From assembly GCA_045649265.1 (NCBI GenBank), contig JAZRPO010000006.1, forward strand, positions 245 through 64,244: a stretch of 64,000 bases of DNA. Reading direction: 5' to 3'. Made by a program: the position numbers and the translations under genes. The notes beneath the pieces were generated by a model, which did no database searches, was not told the DNA's origin, and worked only from the letters and a program-made list of their open reading frames with translations. How positions within the stretch are numbered: the first letter of the stretch is position 1; each line of letters opens with the position of its first letter. This document shows, one piece after another, positions 1-7,727 of the stretch. The DNA comes from Eubacteriales bacterium. GTDB taxonomy: Bacteria > Bacillota > Clostridia > Oscillospirales > JAAYXM01.

Positions 1-626
1 CCTGCCGCAATAAGAAGCTTCGGAACGTCTGTAAGATAATACTCGCCCTGCGCGTTGTCGTTTCTGAGTTTTGAAAGGTTTTCAAAGAGGCTTTTTGCGT
101 TAAAAACATATACGCCGACGTTGAGTTCCTTAATGTTAAGTTGTTCGGCATTACAGTCTTTCTGCTCAACGATATCAACGATTTTGCCGTCCTTACGGAT
201 CATTCTGCCGTAAGCAAGAGGGGATTCGGAAATTGCAGTGAGAATTGTGCAATCTGCTCCGGTTTCCGCATGAGTTTTGACCATAGCTTCGTAGGTTTCA
301 CGCTTGAGCATCGGCATATCACCGTAAAGAACAAGAACCGGACCGTTATAGTCTTTTAGGCTATCGCGTGCGGATGCAACTGCGTGGCCCGTTCCGAGCT
401 GCTCCTCCTGAGTTGCAAAAATATACTTGCCGTGCGTGTTGTCGATAACCTTTTCTCGCATATATCCGACAACAATAACGGTGTCTTCCTGCGGAACAAA
501 ACTGATGTTTTCAAGAACGTAGGAGAGAAGGGGGCGTCCATTTGCCTCGCGCATTACCTTAGGAGCATTAAACTTTTCACTTTGCAAGCGTTTTCCTTTG
601 CCTGCTGCCAAAACTATTGCTTTCAT
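1..626 (-). CDS. Sugar-1-phosphate nucleotidyltransferase, GlmU N-terminal-domain type (N-terminal part only; gene runs off the left edge)
   Basis: Not in the ORF track because there is no stop in the window. My reverse-strand translation from ATG at 626-624 gives MKAIVLAAGKGKRLQSEKFNAPKVMREANGRPLL...LYGDMPML...GEYYLTDVP. It has the LAAGxGxR loop and EYYLTD-type motif of GlmU/RmlA-like pyrophosphorylases. An AAGGAAG RBS lies upstream. Confidence 0.65.
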   Translation of the reverse strand, partial: MKAIVLAAGKGKRLQSEKFNAPKVMREANGRPLLSYVLENISFVPQEDTVIVVGYMREKVIDNTHGKYIFATQEEQLGTGHAVASARDSLKDYNGPVLVLYGDMPMLKRETYEAMVKTHAETGADCTILTAISESPLAYGRMIRKDGKIVDIVEQKDCNAEQLNIKELNVGVYVFNAKSLFENLSKLRNDNAQGEYYLTDVPKLLIAA

Positions 627-646
627 TTTTAACTTCCTTTCAATTT

Positions 647-1165
647 TTATTCTTTTATTAAAATATCTTTTAGTTCACATATGTAAAGATTGTGAAAATC
701 ATTATCCTCGTAAAATTTGAGGACTGATTTATCTGAAAAATCAAATGAGCTGATGTCACTTACTGCCATTTTTCTACAATTCATAATAAGGCGAGCTTCC
801 TTAAAAGCTACGGTGCCGTCTTCAAAAGAAAACGGGGTGAGGGGGACATCCTTCATTTTGTCTATATCGCGGCCACTCTTTTTACCGCACAGTGAAAGAA
901 TATCACGATACTTTTCATCAAAAAAGCTCAAGGATAAGGTTTCATTATTTTCAATAAACTCAAAGGTAAGCCGGCTTTTGCGGATAAATACGTAGCACAC
1001 ATTTTTGTTCCAAAGACAACCAAAACCACCCCAAGCAGCGGTCATCATATTGTAGGCAGCTTTGTTTCCGGCAGCTACAAGAGCCCAATCCTTTGCCAAC
1101 AAATCAAAAATATTGTCTTTCAAATTATTCGCAGTGATAGATTTAAAACCGTCCAAATAATTCAC
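647..1165 (-). CDS. Flavin reductase-like (FMN-binding split-barrel) domain protein
   Basis: 172-aa ORF. The TAAWGGFG...VCYVFIRKSR pattern is typical of flavin reductase-like domain proteins. The 20-nt gap to the upstream gene suggests an operon. Confidence 0.55.
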   Translation of the reverse strand: MNYLDGFKSITANNLKDNIFDLLAKDWALVAAGNKAAYNMMTAAWGGFGCLWNKNVCYVFIRKSRLTFEFIENNETLSLSFFDEKYRDILSLCGKKSGRDIDKMKDVPLTPFSFEDGTVAFKEARLIMNCRKMAVSDISSFDFSDKSVLKFYEDNDFHNLYICELKDILIKE

Positions 1166-1392
1166 CCTTTCAAAGTTGTAAATAAATTATAACATTGTTG
1201 AGAAAAATTTACAAGAACATATATTTTTATGTACAAGCAGTTTTTTATTTTCATTTCTCAATATTACTTGTCTTTTTTTAAGTAATTTGATATAATTAGA
1301 TCAAAAAAGCGAGTTCATTTCTTTATACAGGGAGTTCTGACTTTTCCTATAACATATACGTAAATTTTTACAAACTCGGAGGAAATGGGAAA

Positions 1393-2061
1393 TTGCACAT
1401 TCTTGACAGAATTTCTTCGCTGTTTCAGGGGACAAACTGGCTCATTATCCCGGCAGCTTTTCTTGCGATAATTTTTCATGAAATTTCGCATGGCTATGTC
1501 GCATATTTGCTGGGGGATACTACTGCGAGAGACAGGGGGCGGCTTTCCCTCAATCCGATAAAGCATGTCGATATTGTCGGACTTATATGTATGGTTTTGT
1601 TTGGTTTTGGTTGGGCAAAACCTGTTCCGATTTCTGCTTATTATTTTAAAAATCGTCGATTAGGAATTTGCCTTGTTTCACTTGCAGGGCCGGTTTCCAA
1701 TATATTAATGGCATTTCTTTCAGTTGTCCTTGCTGTTGCGATAATTACTTTTTATACACCTCAGGCAGCGTTTATGGATACAGCAATAAAAATTTTATTG
1801 GAAATTCTCGTTCTTTTTGCCGTATTAAACATAGGCCTTGCGGTGTTCAACTTATTGCCGATACCTCCGCTCGATGGCTCAAAAATTCTTTTTTCGTTTC
1901 TTCCGTCACGAGCATACAAATTTGTTTTAAATTATGAGCGGTACGGTATGCTTGTGTTAATCATCTTGATTAACACACCTTTCTTTGATTCACTTCTTAA
2001 AAATGCTCGCAGTTTTTTATTTGAGACAATCACTTATGTTGCACAACTCATTTTTACATAA
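1393..2061 (+). CDS. Site-2 protease family (M50) membrane zinc metalloprotease
   Basis: HEISHG (HExxH) sits in a hydrophobic segment, followed by NLLPIPPLDGSK (LDG motif). There are multiple TM segments. TTG start lies 9 nt after GGAGG. Confidence 0.75.
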   Translation: MHILDRISSLFQGTNWLIIPAAFLAIIFHEISHGYVAYLLGDTTARDRGRLSLNPIKHVDIVGLICMVLFGFGWAKPVPISAYYFKNRRLGICLVSLAGPVSNILMAFLSVVLAVAIITFYTPQAAFMDTAIKILLEILVLFAVLNIGLAVFNLLPIPPLDGSKILFSFLPSRAYKFVLNYERYGMLVLIILINTPFFDSLLKNARSFLFETITYVAQLIFT

Positions 2062-2074
2062 AGGAAGCTTTTAA

Positions 2075-2803
2075 ATGTCGGAGATTACATACCATTTAGA
2101 GGGGTTTGACGGTCCGCTTGACCTTCTGCTTCACCTCATCTCAAAGAACAAACTTAATATTTACGATATTCCGATTGTTGTCATTTTGGAGCAATATAAT
2201 AAGGCTCTTGAAGAGATGCAGGAAAGAAATCTGGCAGTTACCTGCGAATTTGTTGCAATGTCGGCGCATCTTCTTTACATTAAGTCAAAGATGCTCTTGC
2301 CCAAGTATGACGACATTGACGAGGAAGAAGATCCCCGCGCAAGGCTTGTTGAAATGCTTCTTGAATATCAAAAAATCAAACAGGTCAGTAGCAAGCTTAA
2401 TTCAAGTGCCGAAATCGGGCTTGATATGTACACCAAGCAGCCAGAACAGATTTCTCCGGATAAGGCGTACAAATATGTCCATGACAGGATGGATTTGCGC
2501 CTTTCGATCCTTTCGATGCTTGAGCGCTCAGAAAGCAAAGTTCCGCCTAGAATCACAAACTTTGCAGGAATTGTAGGAAGGGAAGTTTACTCTGTAAGCA
2601 AAAAAGTTGCATATATTCTGAAACGTTTGTTGTTAAACAGTAAAACGACATTTATTCAGTTGTTTGATAATGTTAAGACTCGTTCAGAGGTTGTTGCAAC
2701 CTTCCTTGCAATTCTGGAGTTATGCAAAACGAACAGAATTGATATTTCAGATCAAACGCAGAATATTTCAATAATTTCAGAAGAAAAAACAAAAAATGTA
2801 TAA
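2075..2803 (+). CDS. scpA: Segregation and condensation protein A
   Basis: N-terminus F(D)GPLDLLLHLI..NKLNIYDIPI is the ScpA signature. It is followed directly by scpB. Confidence 0.9.
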   Translation: MSEITYHLEGFDGPLDLLLHLISKNKLNIYDIPIVVILEQYNKALEEMQERNLAVTCEFVAMSAHLLYIKSKMLLPKYDDIDEEEDPRARLVEMLLEYQKIKQVSSKLNSSAEIGLDMYTKQPEQISPDKAYKYVHDRMDLRLSILSMLERSESKVPPRITNFAGIVGREVYSVSKKVAYILKRLLLNSKTTFIQLFDNVKTRSEVVATFLAILELCKTNRIDISDQTQNISIISEEKTKNV

Positions 2804-2815
2804 AGGAATGTTTAT

Positions 2816-3391
2816 ATGGAAATAGCAGATGTAGAACGTGCCGTTGAGGCTATCCTGTTTGCAGTGGGAGACCCTGTTGAGCTTTCCCGCCTTTCTGAAA
2901 TTCTGGATGTGGACGAGCCCTCTCTTGAAAAGGTTGTTACGAAGCTTAAAGACAATTACGACTTTGAAAAAAGGGGAGTTAAAATAGTTAAGCTTGAAAA
3001 CTCCTATCAGATGTGCTCAGCTCCAAGCTATGCTCCGTTTATCCGCAAAGCGCTTGAAACAAGACGCGCTCCGAGGTTGTCTCCGCCTCTTTTGGAGGTC
3101 CTTTCGGTTATTGCTTATCGTCAGCCTGTTACGAGAGCATATATTGAGCAGGTGAGGGGAGTCGACTGTTCATATTCCATCACAACCCTTGTTGAAAAGG
3201 GATTAATCAAGGAATCAGGCAGGCTTGATGTTCTGGGAAAGCCTATTCTTTACAGAACAACGAAGGACTTTTTGCGGGTTTTCGGATTGGAAACGCTCAA
3301 CGATCTTCCTGATCTTCCTGAATTTGCAGACACAGAAGATGGCCAGGTTACCTTTAACGAAATTTCAGTCCAGGAAAATAATGCTGAATAA
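2816..3391 (+). CDS. scpB: Segregation and condensation protein B
   Basis: AILFAVGDPV...LSVIAYRQPVTRAYIEQVRGV...GKPILYRTT is the typical ScpB winged-helix pair. The position after scpA fits. Confidence 0.9.
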   Translation: MEIADVERAVEAILFAVGDPVELSRLSEILDVDEPSLEKVVTKLKDNYDFEKRGVKIVKLENSYQMCSAPSYAPFIRKALETRRAPRLSPPLLEVLSVIAYRQPVTRAYIEQVRGVDCSYSITTLVEKGLIKESGRLDVLGKPILYRTTKDFLRVFGLETLNDLPDLPEFADTEDGQVTFNEISVQENNAE

Positions 3392-3405
3392 AAGGAAACT
3401 TCAAT

Positions 3406-3972
3406 ATGCTTATTGCTTTATCTGTCATTTTAGTACTGCTAGTTATTCTGTTGCTTCGCATTTTTCTTATTTTTGAATACGACAGCAACGGTGTTTCCGG
3501 ATATGTTAAGTTGGTTTTTCTGAAAATTAAATTTCCGACACAAAAAAAGAAGACTACCGTTAGAAAAGACAAAAAAGAAACTGCACAAAAGAAGCCCGGA
3601 AACCTGGTCGAACTTAAAGGGATTATTTTTCCGGCTGTGAAAACGCTTGGAAAGCTTTTGAGGCTGCTTTCGGTGAATTTGTTCATAGCAGATGTTACTC
3701 TTGCAACTGATGATGCCTTTAATACCGCTATGTCGTACGGTGCAACTTGTGCAGGGATTGGAGCTGTTTTTCCGTTTCTCGATGGCAAATTGAGAATTAA
3801 GAAAAAGAAGATATCAATAAATGCAAATTTTGAAAGTAAAACCGGCACAATCTATCTATATGCAAACATATCATTGAGGATATGGCAGATAATAATCCTG
3901 ACAATATATCTTCTTTATCAATATATAAAAAATGTGAAAGGATTTGATAAAAATGGCAGAACATGCACTTAA
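3406..3972 (+). CDS. YtfI-like (DUF2953-type) membrane protein
   Basis: It has an N-terminal TM helix and a basic linker. It is encoded immediately upstream of, and overlapping, a ytfJ/gerW homologue, as in Bacillus ytfI-ytfJ. The assignment rests on context and general shape. Confidence 0.45.
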   Translation: MLIALSVILVLLVILLLRIFLIFEYDSNGVSGYVKLVFLKIKFPTQKKKTTVRKDKKETAQKKPGNLVELKGIIFPAVKTLGKLLRLLSVNLFIADVTLATDDAFNTAMSYGATCAGIGAVFPFLDGKLRIKKKKISINANFESKTGTIYLYANISLRIWQIIILTIYLLYQYIKNVKGFDKNGRTCT

Positions 3973-4342
3973 TGAGGTTATGAAGACAACTATGGAAAAA
4001 CTCCGCAGCATGGTCGATGTTAACACGATAATCGGAGACCAGATTACAACGCCCGACGGGACCACTATTATTCCTATTTCGAAAGTTTCCTTTGGTTTTG
4101 CTTCAGGAGGCTCTGATTTTGACAGCAAAAAGGAAGGAGTTAACTTCGGTGGCGGTAGCGGAGCCGGCGTATCAATTCACCCTGAGGCCTTTCTTGTTGT
4201 TAAAGACGGAAATGTCAGAATTCTTCCGATGGCACAAGCTCCAAGCACAACGGTTGACAGGCTTGTGGAGCTTGTTCCGGACGTTATGGACAGAGTAGAG
4301 GGCTATATAAAGAAGAGCAAGAAGGATAAAGACGCAGAGTAA
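3953..4342 (+). CDS. ytfJ: Sporulation protein YtfJ/GerW family
   Basis: TIIPISKVSFGFASGGSDF...GGGSGAGVSIHPEAFLVVKDGNVRILP matches the GerW/YtfJ pattern. I prefer the ATG at 3953 over the TTG at 3944. Confidence 0.8.
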   Translation: MAEHALNEVMKTTMEKLRSMVDVNTIIGDQITTPDGTTIIPISKVSFGFASGGSDFDSKKEGVNFGGGSGAGVSIHPEAFLVVKDGNVRILPMAQAPSTTVDRLVELVPDVMDRVEGYIKKSKKDKDAE

Positions 4343-4394
4343 AACATAATACTGTAATATTTTTTCACCCCTTATCGTATTATTTTGATAGGGG

Positions 4395-5510
4395 GTGAAA
4401 AGTATTATTAAGTCCTTTTTTATACTCATTGCATTCCTTTTAATTTTGAATTTTCATTGCGAAGCGATTGAAATTTCTGCAAAATCGGCAATTTTATATG
4501 AGCCGGAAACCTCTACAGTTCTTTTTGAAAAAAACAGTTTAAATAAACGAGAGATTGCCTCTACGACGAAAATTATGACTGCGGTGGTAGTTCTTGAAAA
4601 CGCAGATTTGGATGATATCGTAACCGTGCCGGCTGCGTGTGTCGGTATTGAAGGAACATCAATGTATCTGAAAGAGGGAGAAAAACTAACTGTATCTGAT
4701 TTGCTTTATGGTATGCTTCTTCATTCAGGCAACGATTCGGCAACAGTTCTTGCACATTATGTTGGAAAAGGGGATATAGAGAACTTTATTGATATGATGA
4801 ATAAGTGTGCAAATTCTATCGGAATGGAAAACACCCATTTTAAAAATCCGAGCGGGCTTCCTGACAAAGAACATTATTCAACAGCTTCCGATATGGCAAA
4901 GCTTGCAGCATATGCAATGAAAATTCCTGAATTCCGTGAAATTGTTTCCACTAAAACAAAGACAGTTGCAGGAAGAACACTAACAAATCACAATAAGCTC
5001 TTGCGAATTTATAATGGCGCAAACGGCTTGAAAACCGGTTATACCAAAGCAGCGGGAAGATGTCTTGTTTCAGGCGCAAATCGAAACGGAATGCAGCTTA
5101 TAGCCGTGACACTTTCCGCCCCGGATGATTGGAATGACCATAAGAAGCTTTTTGACTTTGGCTTTAATAATTTTTCCGTTTATAAAGATACGTTAAAGGA
5201 CGAAGAGCCATTTGAAATCTCAGTTGTCGGAGGCAGTTCTCCGGAAGTTCTCGCTCAAATTGCATGTGATGTTTCGATTTTGGAAAAAGGATCTGAAAAA
5301 GTAGAAAAGATAATCTATCTTCCTCGATTTATCTATGCCCCTGTTTTTGAGGGAGATGTGGTGGGTAGGGTAGAGTATATCATTAATGGCAAAATTGCCG
5401 AATCTGCACCCATTGTGAGCTGTGACAACGTTAAAGAAAAGGCGTCTTCCGGATTTTTAAAAAAAACAATCTACTTTTTTAAAAAAATTGTATCGTTTTG
5501 CACTGCATAA
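4395..5510 (+). CDS. D-alanyl-D-alanine carboxypeptidase (serine peptidase S11, PBP5/DacB-like)
   Basis: A signal peptide is followed by SxxK (ASTTKIMT), SxN (HSGND) and KTG (LKTGYT) in the canonical order. GTG start follows GGGGG. Confidence 0.85.
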   Translation: MKSIIKSFFILIAFLLILNFHCEAIEISAKSAILYEPETSTVLFEKNSLNKREIASTTKIMTAVVVLENADLDDIVTVPAACVGIEGTSMYLKEGEKLTVSDLLYGMLLHSGNDSATVLAHYVGKGDIENFIDMMNKCANSIGMENTHFKNPSGLPDKEHYSTASDMAKLAAYAMKIPEFREIVSTKTKTVAGRTLTNHNKLLRIYNGANGLKTGYTKAAGRCLVSGANRNGMQLIAVTLSAPDDWNDHKKLFDFGFNNFSVYKDTLKDEEPFEISVVGGSSPEVLAQIACDVSILEKGSEKVEKIIYLPRFIYAPVFEGDVVGRVEYIINGKIAESAPIVSCDNVKEKASSGFLKKTIYFFKKIVSFCTA

Positions 5511-5619
5511 TGAATGAATTTATGTTTATTTTCAAATGGGGATAGAAAACTTTTATTGCGTCCGAATATTTTAATCACAACCGGCTAAAAATATAATTAG
5601 AATTTTTTATATTTTTTTC

Positions 5620-5648
5620 TTGACTTTTCCAAGATAGTCGATTATAAT
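5620..5648 (+). promoter_or_regulatory. Sigma-70-type promoter for tRNA-Gln
   Basis: TTGACT (5620-5625), a 17-nt spacer, then TATAAT (5643-5648), about 12 nt before the tRNA 5-prime end. Confidence 0.6.
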
Positions 5649-5660
5649 ATAGAAGTTCGT

Positions 5661-5734
5661 TGCCGGATTGTGTAAGGGTAGCACGACAGACTCTGACTCT
5701 GTTTGTCTGGGTTCAAATCCTAGTCCGGCAGCCA
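5661..5734 (+). tRNA. tRNA-Gln (anticodon CUG)
   Basis: Hand-folded cloverleaf. Acceptor TGCCGGA pairs with TCCGGCA (U1:A72, typical of bacterial tRNA-Gln). Anticodon stem ACAGA/TCTGT carries loop CTCTGAC, giving CTG. GGTTCAAATCC T-loop and encoded CCA are present. Confidence 0.85.
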
Positions 5735-5737
5735 AAA

Positions 5738-5770
5738 ATCGACAAGGTTCGTAAGAATCTTGTCGATTTT
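5738..5770 (+). terminator. Intrinsic terminator after tRNA-Gln
   Basis: ATCGACAAG (5738-5746) pairs with CTTGTCGAT (5759-5767), with an inner TTC/GAA extension, followed by TTTT. Confidence 0.7.
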
Positions 5771-5863
5771 ACTTATTACCTATTCACTATTCACTTTTCC
5801 CTAAAATGACTTGTCGATTTTTGGAAAGCAATAGGGAATAGTGAATAAGGAAGAAGTGAAGGC

Positions 5864-5891
5864 AGCTTTGCTTACGCAAAGCTTATTTTTA
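5864..5891 (+). terminator. Second intrinsic terminator-like hairpin in the tRNA-Gln / nuclease spacer
   Basis: AGCTTTGC (5864-5871), loop TTAC, GCAAAGCT (5876-5883), then TATTTTTA. There is no U-tract in the opposite orientation. Confidence 0.5.
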
Positions 5892-5920
5892 TATGCAGCC
5901 ATATTGTTCTGTGTTTTGTT

Positions 5921-5949
5921 TTGATTTTTTGAGATAGGTATGCTATAAT
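5921..5949 (+). promoter_or_regulatory. Sigma-70-type promoter (extended -10) of the 512-aa nuclease gene
   Basis: TTGATT (5921-5926), a 17-nt spacer, then TGcTATAAT (-10 at 5944-5949). A GAGGTGG RBS lies 6 nt before the ATG at 5969. Confidence 0.6.
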
Positions 5950-5968
5950 TATGTTGAGGTGGTAAAGT

Positions 5969-7507
5969 ATGGATTTTATTAAATTTGTTGAACAAATTCC
6001 CAATATTACAATAGCAAAACGAGTTGCCTCTGCGTATGTTGCTGATTATAGACGATTAGAACTCGACGAGATTAAGGTGTTTTTGAAGAAAACAACTAAA
6101 CAGTATACATCATTTGAGAATGTAAGCAATAGATTAGACGAGATTAAACTTGATTCAAATCGTGCTGTCAGAATAATTGCACCAATATTATTGCGTGACT
6201 ATTTATTAAATCAGGATGATTTTATTTCGTCTACTAGAGATACTGATTCTGCGGTTTTGAACTATGAAAAGGCTATTGTTGATGAATCAAACAATTTTGA
6301 TGAAAGCAAGATATCAAAAGATTTCGCGTTATTCAAACATATGATAGACGCTGCATGGGCACATAATGACGATATTTCGGTTGATGAGAAGAATTTGTTG
6401 GAAACTCTAAGAAAGTATTTGTCAATCTCTATTAAAGAGTTCCATATGCTTGAAGCTAAATCGAGAAGATTTCCGACCTTTGGTAATGTTTTGCATACAT
6501 ATGATGATATAGAAGATGCGAGAAAAGTGTTGCAGGCAAAAGGTTTGATTGTAGCCATAAAGAATTCCGACGGAGTTATTTGTGATATGATTCCTAGTGA
6601 TATTGCGCGATGCATCAGAAAGTATTACAGTATTGAAATACGCGCATATGGTTATGAAAAACTTGTTGATTATGTTATAAAGAAGACAAAGAAACAATAT
6701 CTTATTGATATTGTGAATAAGGCAAGTCAATATTTTTCGAAAGCTAAAATTGAAATATCAAATAATCCTACTGTAAATGAATTGAAAGATATTATTTTAA
6801 AATCTATACAGCCTTCTAATTTGATTGGCGGTTTTTCACCGAGAGATGGACTTGATGTAGCAATGTTGTCAGCTTGGTGCGGAGATATTGGTTTGAATGT
6901 GTCAGGAAATAAAGTTACGCTGATTGAGCGAATACTTGAATATTATGATTCAATGAGAAAAATAGAAATCAAGACGCAAGATGAAAGAGAAAAGCTTGTT
7001 GCATATTACAGTCAACTTGCAAGCAGAGATTTGAAAAATTTGAGAGCGAATAATATCATTGAAAAAGATTTACAATGCGAACACTTTTTTGAGGATGCAA
7101 CGAATTTCTTGTTTGAAAAAATGTTGCTTAATAAACCGCTAACTTTGACTGGTTCTGAACACCCGGATGGCAAGTTGTCTTTTAAAGACAAGTATATTAT
7201 GTGGGATAACAAATCAAAGGAAACTGCAGTGAATTTAAAGGATCATATTCAGCAGTTTGAACGATACATAAAGACATCGGATAAAGAAGTGGTGGTATTT
7301 ATGGTCATAGCTCCAGACTTTACACCACAAAGCGTTCAAGAGTGCGTTGATTTTTCTTTGAATAACGATACCCAAATTTTATTGATTACTGCCGAAGAAT
7401 TAAAAACAGTTGCAGAGACTTGGGCGAAAAAACATCCTGGGGAAATCTTTAATTTAGGATATTTTAAACAAAACGGAAGATTTGATATAAAGTTGTTAAA
7501 TCTGTGA
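5969..7507 (+). CDS. Orphan SAP/HeH-motif protein with a C-terminal FokI-type (PD-(D/E)xK) nuclease domain; candidate stand-alone defence/restriction-like nuclease
   Basis: 512-aa ORF with its own promoter, RBS and terminator. Residues about 294-326 (LDVAMLSAWCGDIGLNVSGNKVTLIERILEYY) are SAP-like. Residues about 365-512 parallel the FokI cleavage domain block by block: EHFFEDATNFLFEKM.../GSEHPDGKLS/YIMWDNKSK/IQQFERYI/VVVFMVIAPDF/ILLITAEEL/FKQNGRFD. The gene is AT-rich relative to its neighbours on spot counts. Confidence 0.6.
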   Translation: MDFIKFVEQIPNITIAKRVASAYVADYRRLELDEIKVFLKKTTKQYTSFENVSNRLDEIKLDSNRAVRIIAPILLRDYLLNQDDFISSTRDTDSAVLNYEKAIVDESNNFDESKISKDFALFKHMIDAAWAHNDDISVDEKNLLETLRKYLSISIKEFHMLEAKSRRFPTFGNVLHTYDDIEDARKVLQAKGLIVAIKNSDGVICDMIPSDIARCIRKYYSIEIRAYGYEKLVDYVIKKTKKQYLIDIVNKASQYFSKAKIEISNNPTVNELKDIILKSIQPSNLIGGFSPRDGLDVAMLSAWCGDIGLNVSGNKVTLIERILEYYDSMRKIEIKTQDEREKLVAYYSQLASRDLKNLRANNIIEKDLQCEHFFEDATNFLFEKMLLNKPLTLTGSEHPDGKLSFKDKYIMWDNKSKETAVNLKDHIQQFERYIKTSDKEVVVFMVIAPDFTPQSVQECVDFSLNNDTQILLITAEELKTVAETWAKKHPGEIFNLGYFKQNGRFDIKLLNL

Positions 7508-7614
7508 TAATGGAGGAGCATCGCTATAAATTTCTGTTAAGGTCTTCGATATGTTTGCTTTGCGGAAACGAGATTTATATCATATTGAGGTTTGAGTGAA
7601 ACGAATTTGCCAAG

Positions 7615-7648
7615 AAAAAAACGACTTGTTTCGACAAGTCGTTTTTTT
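7615..7648. terminator. Bidirectional intrinsic terminator between the convergent nuclease gene and the M20 hydrolase gene
   Basis: An A-run precedes ACGACTTGT (7621-7629), loop TTCG, ACAAGTCGT (7634-7642), followed by a T-run (7643-7648). Confidence 0.75.
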
Positions 7649-7727
7649 AGTTATATTTGGTTCATGCAAGTGATATTGTGTTTGGTACAGTGTACCATTG
7701 CTTGGATTGCGGCGACAAAAAAGGGTT

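Noticed and set aside
5801-5995. 64-aa minus-strand ORF in the tRNA-Gln / nuclease spacer.
   Set aside because: It runs across the nuclease promoter and start codon and through both hairpins. It has no RBS and a low-complexity N/K/Q composition. The region is better explained as structured non-coding DNA.
7510-7599. 29-aa ORF (MEEHRYKFLLRSSICLLCGNEIYIILRFE) directly after the nuclease gene stop, considered as a possible small partner such as an antitoxin or immunity peptide.
   Set aside because: There is no Shine-Dalgarno sequence upstream, it is very short, and I recognise no motif. I cannot support it without conservation data. It is worth a glance only if homologous loci retain it.
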